This document shows, one piece after another, positions 9,305 to 13,157 of a stretch of DNA of 13,157 nucleotides. Each line of letters begins with the position of its first letter. The first letter of the stretch is position 1. A program made the translations under genes and the position numbers. Under the pieces are notes generated by a model. That model saw nothing but the letters and a program-made list of their open reading frames with translations. It was not told the origin of the DNA and searched no databases. The DNA comes from Paraspadella gotoi (taxonomy: Eukaryota; Animalia; Chaetognatha): positions 15,736 to 28,892 of the forward strand of contig JBJCIZ010000064.1 in assembly GCA_051294375.1 (NCBI GenBank). The letters run 5' to 3'.

Positions 9305-10564
9305 TGTTTGTTTTGATAAAATGTAAGCAAAACATTTAATAACTGTCCTGACTCAATTTTAAGAACATCGATGATGACAAGCTGAATATAAATTATAATT
9401 AATTATTAAAATTAATTAATTAATTAATCTATTAATTAATTAATTAATTATCGTAGGCAGATCCGACATTGTTTGCTCAAACTTGTTAAATTGCTACAAA
9501 CAATTTGTTTTTATTTATTATTAATAAAAATTAAATTTTTTATTATGTTATATTACTATGTTATGTTACTATCAAAAAAAATATAATGAAAAAAATCTAG
9601 AAAAAAAATCAATTATTGATGCGATAACAAATTATTGATGTAATAGTAATTGATCGATGTAATAGTAAGCCAAATCGTTTTTAGCAGCAGAGGCACCCAG
9701 AAAAAAAGAAAGAAATCAAAAGGCAGCAGCAGAAGCAGCAGGAGAAAATAGAGACAAAGAAAGAGCCCCTGCAGAGCCAGCTGCAGAGAAAGAAATCAAA
9801 AGGCAGCAGCGGAAACAGCAGGAGAAAAGAGAGAAAGAGAATAAGCCCCTTCAGAGCCAGCTGCAGACTCGTTTTTTTCCCTATGAATCAGTGACTAGGG
9901 AAAAGAGAGAGGGAGAAAGACATGTAATTAAAAGAGAAAAGAGAAAGAAATATAAAAATAAAAAAAAGAAAATTTGTATTTTGTTAAAAAGTAAACAAAA
10001 CATATTTAATAACTGTCCAGACTCAATTTTAAGCACATCGATGATGAGAAGCTGTATATAAATTTTCAGCTTCATACACCCAAATTTAATCATAAAAAAG
10101 GCGATCTATAATTTGGAACGCCGACAACGACGACAAAAGCGTTTGCGACGATAAAAAATCGTGACGACGACGGCACAAAGAAGCAATTCTAAACGATTAA
10201 ACGATTAAACGATAAAAAGGGAAAAGATGCAAAATGATAATATGCACGACTGCAATGCTCTACATGAGTTTAATGCTGACAGTAATTTTTTTTTTAATAA
10301 AAAAACAGAGGGAGAAAGAGAGAGAGAGAAAGAGACATGTAACTTTCAGTTCAGCCGCTGCAGAACTCAGCTCGTTTTTGAACCAATCAGATGAGGCAGG
10401 AAATGAGAAAAAGTAATAAAAATTTTTTTCTATACTGTAGGCTAAAAAATATTTTGTTCATAAAATGTAAACAAACAACATTTGGTGTGTATAATCTCAT
10501 CAGTTTTCAAGGACCTTGATGATGAGAATACAAATAAAATAATATTATAAAAAGCGATCTGTAT
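9305..10564 (+). repeat. Three direct copies of an ~85-bp unit (about 9305-9394, 9976-10065, 10450-10564), each preceded by GA-rich sequence
   Basis: Copies 1 and 2 share ATTTAATAACTGTCCWGACTCAATTTTAAGMACATCGATGATGASAAGCTGWATATAAATT. Copy 3 is more diverged (AAAATGTAAACAAA...GATGATGAGAA...GCGATCT). Confidence 0.8.
9667..9950 (-). repeat. Dispersed modular repeat, copy B (inverted relative to 1825-2189)
   Basis: AAGCCAAATCGTTTT...GCAGCAGAGGCA...GCCCCTGCAGAGCCAGCTGCAGA...ATGAATCAGTGACT...TAATTAAAAGAGAAA is the reverse complement of copy A. A more decayed relative lies at about 10305-10410. Confidence 0.85.
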
Positions 10565-10650
10565 CCATGGTATATCCTTTCTTTTCGTTGTTTTATAGAG
10601 ATTTACAAGGAATTTTTGTATTTTTACAACGATTTTATTATTAGTAAGTT

Positions 10651-10696
10651 GCAGACATGTTTCGACTCTAGAGCTTTTTCGAGTCTTCATCAGCGC
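10651..10696 (-). ncRNA. Minimal type I hammerhead ribozyme (Penelope-type)
   Basis: Minus strand GCG-CTGATGA-A-GACTC-gaaaaagctcta-GAGTC-GAAA-CATG-TC^TGC: complete core, 5-bp stem II, palindromic ACATGT mini stem III, GUC cleavage triplet (cut after 10654), 3-bp stem I. Confidence 0.88.
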
Positions 10697-10740
10697 TTTT
10701 TGACAGTTGTGATTAATGGAACAATTTGTGAGTTAAAGAA

Positions 10741-10775
<35 letters not shown>

Positions 10776-10890
10776 CAGAAAAGGCTAAAGTTTCCAACAA
10801 AGAATTGAGAGAGATTAGTGGTCAGTTTAGAGGACAGATTTAGTTGAGGCTTGATAGAATAAGTGGTGAAAAGAAATGAAATTTGGTGAA

Positions 10891-10925
<35 letters not shown>

Positions 10926-11177
10926 AACAATTACATTTGAGCAATGTACAACAAAGATAAAATTAAACAAACTTGATTTGTATGTCTAATTAACAAAATT
11001 GCAATAAATTAATTTTGAAGTTTGAGAAATTGAAATGAATGAAATTTGAAATAAGAGTTTAATTCAGAGGGATAGATAAGTAAAGATTATAGTGAAATAT
11101 AAGATGTAAGAAAGAGCTCAAAATGAGCAAGCCCCCCCCGGGTCTTATGAAGGAAAGGCATGGCTGATGGTGCCGGG

Positions 11178-11453
11178 TCATTGGCGCGTCATAGGCTGAG
11201 AGGACAGTGGGGTTGATCTCATGTTTGCTGGCTCAGGTAACGATCCCTGAGGAAAGAGACCCAGAGCCACCCTGATGTCCCTCTGGCCTGATATGCCTGC
11301 CGACGGCCCTCTTCTCACCTGACGGTGAGGTGGGCGAGTATCCACTCTTGCCACTTTTGCAGGGACGGTGGAACCCTCTTCATCCTCCTGTAGTCGTCGT
11401 TTGGGACGATGCTCAGGCCTCAGAGAAAGAGACCGAGTTGCTGCAGGAGATTC
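11178..11453 (-). other. Probable C-terminal extension of the PLE ORF (92-codon frame including the stop, no start codon)
   Basis: Open frame ESPAATRSLSLRPEHRPKRRLQEDEEGSTVPAKVARVDTRPPHRQVRRGPSAG...SSQPMTRQ*. GC content matches the ORF and drops sharply below about 11130. Confidence 0.55.
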
Positions 11454-11549
11454 CTATCATCAGATGCCCATCTATTGACCGAAGGTCTCCGCCTGAATTC
11501 GTAGAAACAGGGGAGTCATTGTGCGGCTGATGGTGTGTGGGACGTTGCA

Positions 11550-12040
11550 CCACTTTTTTGATAAGCGAATCATAGTTTGGAGGGAGGTCGAATCGTCCTC
11601 CATCACGATTCAAAGAAGGTTCGAGGCCTTGATGTAAATCGCCTCTCTAATACCTCTTGAGAACCATTTTGGGTCATGGGACAGCACGAGACAGTCTTCC
11701 TCTCTGAATGATGACCACTGAGGTTGCGTGCTCTGCTATAGCGGACATGATATGCCCACGAGCGTCTCTGAGGGTCTTACGTGCTGTTGAAACGGCTGAG
11801 AGAGACTTGCCTGTCTCGCCCACATATGCTGCTGCACAGGGTTGGTTGCCCGCACCTGCAAGGCCCCCAATAGACGGCCTGATGTTTTCGTGCGGATTTT
11901 GTCTTTCGGTTTCACCAATTGCTTCACGGAAGAGAGGCCGCGGCCGTCACTGAGGTGGAGATCCCCTGCTTTGCTGCCACCCGCACAATGACTCAGTGAT
12001 CCCCTGTGGTAGGGGAGGGACAAGTGGCCCACGTTCTTGG
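11550..12040 (-). pseudogene. PLE linker and GIY-YIG endonuclease domain, frameshifted
   Basis: Stitched across frames: GHLSLPYHRG...QLVKPKDKI...AVYWGPC...PCAAAYVGETGKSL..RF.QH...MSAIAEHA...GHH...SHDPKWFSRGIREAIYIK..EPSLNRDGGRFDLPPNYDSL. AVY/YVG, catalytic Arg, Glu (REA) and Asn (LNRD), and CCHH residues are recognisable. Confidence 0.9.
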
Positions 12041-12199
12041 GACGCTTCTGCCTACTTCTTTGCCGCTGTCGGTGGCTGCGGGTTGTCGCCCAAGCCCAAC
12101 CATCCTCCTGGGGGATAGTAGCATCTGTCAGCGGTTACTTGGGTAGCCCCTGCGGCCACACCCTCAGCCGGTCCGAACTAGCCGTCCTTCTCGGAAAAC

Positions 12200-13117
12200 C
12201 CACAAGGAATTATTGAGCGCAAGCGTCTTGAAACGTCCTCAGTCTCTCTGCGGCCTGCAGCTCGTGGGTGGTCGACGGAATCAGCTTGAGCTCTTTCTGG
12301 TAAGGGATCTGACCGTCATAACTCAAGACATAAGAATCAAAGGAATGTATTGTCTGTGTGCGTTGGGTTCCCGTAAAATCTATCCATGAACGTCTCTCTT
12401 CTTTGCGCTGAATCAGCACATGAGATTGGAATGACATTCACCTTATTTTTCGCATGCTCCATTTGATGCTTGCGTGTTTATTGTTCAAATGGTTTAGTAG
12501 GTTCTCAATGACTCTCACATGCATCTCTGCCTTCCGATCCAGAAGAGACTGACTCTGCCCCATTGCAATGTTCGAAAAGAGGACAAAGCTTCCACCTCAT
12601 AGTCCTCCATGAAGAAATCTGCCAGAGGACTTGACGTAGATTTGCCTATCCCTAAGCCACCAGGTTGGGCGTAGTACTGTCCATCGAACCTGAAGTACGC
12701 CAGTTCCAGGTCCAATCGCAACAGCGCCATGATATCATCCAATTGGATTGGCGTACGCTCGTGCAACGACCGGTCTTCCATCAGGCGACGCTCTGCCGAT
12801 TTTAGCGCCAAGTCCTGTGGGATATTTGTGAACATGCTTTGCAAATCGCACGAGACCAAGAGATGAGTATCGGGCACTTTTGTTTGTTGCAATTTTTCCG
12901 TCAGATCTAAAGAGTTCAAGAGGTGGTGTTCATTACCGACAAGAGGAGTGNNNNNNNNNNNNNNNNNNNNNNNNNNNNNNNNNNNNNNNNNNNNNNNNNN
13001 NNNNNNNNNNNNNNNNNNNNNNNNNNNNNNNNNNNNNNNNNNNNNNNNNNNNNNNNNNNNNNNNNNTCAGCTCCTTTGTCATTCCATTGAAAATGGAATT
13101 ACGGGCAGAGACGATCG
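12200..13117 (-). pseudogene. PLE reverse transcriptase and thumb domain, frameshifted and interrupted by the N gap 12951-13066
   Basis: 13115-13068 reads IVSARNSIFNGMTKEL. 12949-12540 reads TPLVGNEHHLLNS...LVSCDLQSMFTNIP...YFRFDGQYYAQPGGLGIGKSTSSPLADFFME...FW. Then, across frameshifts: IENLLNHLNNKHASIKWS, VLIQRK, FYGNPTHTD, VRSLTR, KTLALNN. Confidence 0.93.
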
Positions 13118-13157
13118 ATTTATTGCAATTTTGTTAATTAGACATACAAATCAAGTT
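13118..13157 (+). repeat. Inverted pseudo-LTR fragment of the PLE (continues past window end)
   Basis: Exact 40/40 reverse complement of 10970-11009, starting immediately where the RT coding sequence is truncated. Confidence 0.9.

Larger units (their letters stand above)
10565..13157 (-). mobile_element. Penelope-like retroelement (Penelope/Poseidon-type, RT + C-terminal GIY-YIG), 5'-truncated, with 3' pseudo-LTR and inverted pLTR at the 5' junction; runs off the window
   Basis: PLE RT motifs (IVSARNS, PLVG, LVSCDLQSMFTNIP, YFRFDGQYYAQ..G, HLN..H.SIK, PTHTD) followed by GIY-YIG motifs, a minimal hammerhead downstream, and a 40-nt inverted duplication at the 5' end. Left boundary is approximate: it is where homology of the flanking host repeat (AAAGCGATCTGTAT) stops. 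Confidence 0.93.

Noticed and set aside
9369-9385. ATGATGA...CTGA as a C/D box snoRNA
   Set aside because: Boxes are only 4 nt apart, and the D box is not conserved in the paralogous copy near 10050.
11100-11180. SECIS element, HDV-like or twister ribozyme after the PLE TGA
   Set aside because: The required core motifs and pairing topology could not be fitted by eye.
11330-11953. Plus-strand ORFs 11330-11530 and 11708-11953 (and 12880-13137)
   Set aside because: Antisense shadows of the PLE coding region; the last one is mostly N gap.

Overview
AT-rich, repeat-dense eukaryotic (probably invertebrate) genomic DNA with four N gaps and no intact host gene. The main feature is a 5'-truncated Penelope-like retroelement (PLE, Penelope/Poseidon-type) on the minus strand, about 10565 to beyond 13157. 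It has a frameshifted reverse transcriptase, a C-terminal GIY-YIG endonuclease, a long basic/Pro-rich tail, a minimal hammerhead ribozyme in its 3' pseudo-LTR (10651-10696), and an inverted pseudo-LTR copy fused at the truncation point (13118 onward). A second, broken hammerhead/pLTR copy lies in a degenerate foldback (4547-5370). The rest is satellites, microsatellites, dispersed repeats, a probable Helentron-type non-autonomous element, a highly structured pseudoknot-like island (3204-3352), a tRNA-Lys-like relic, and possible degraded exons. All alignments and folds were done by eye.
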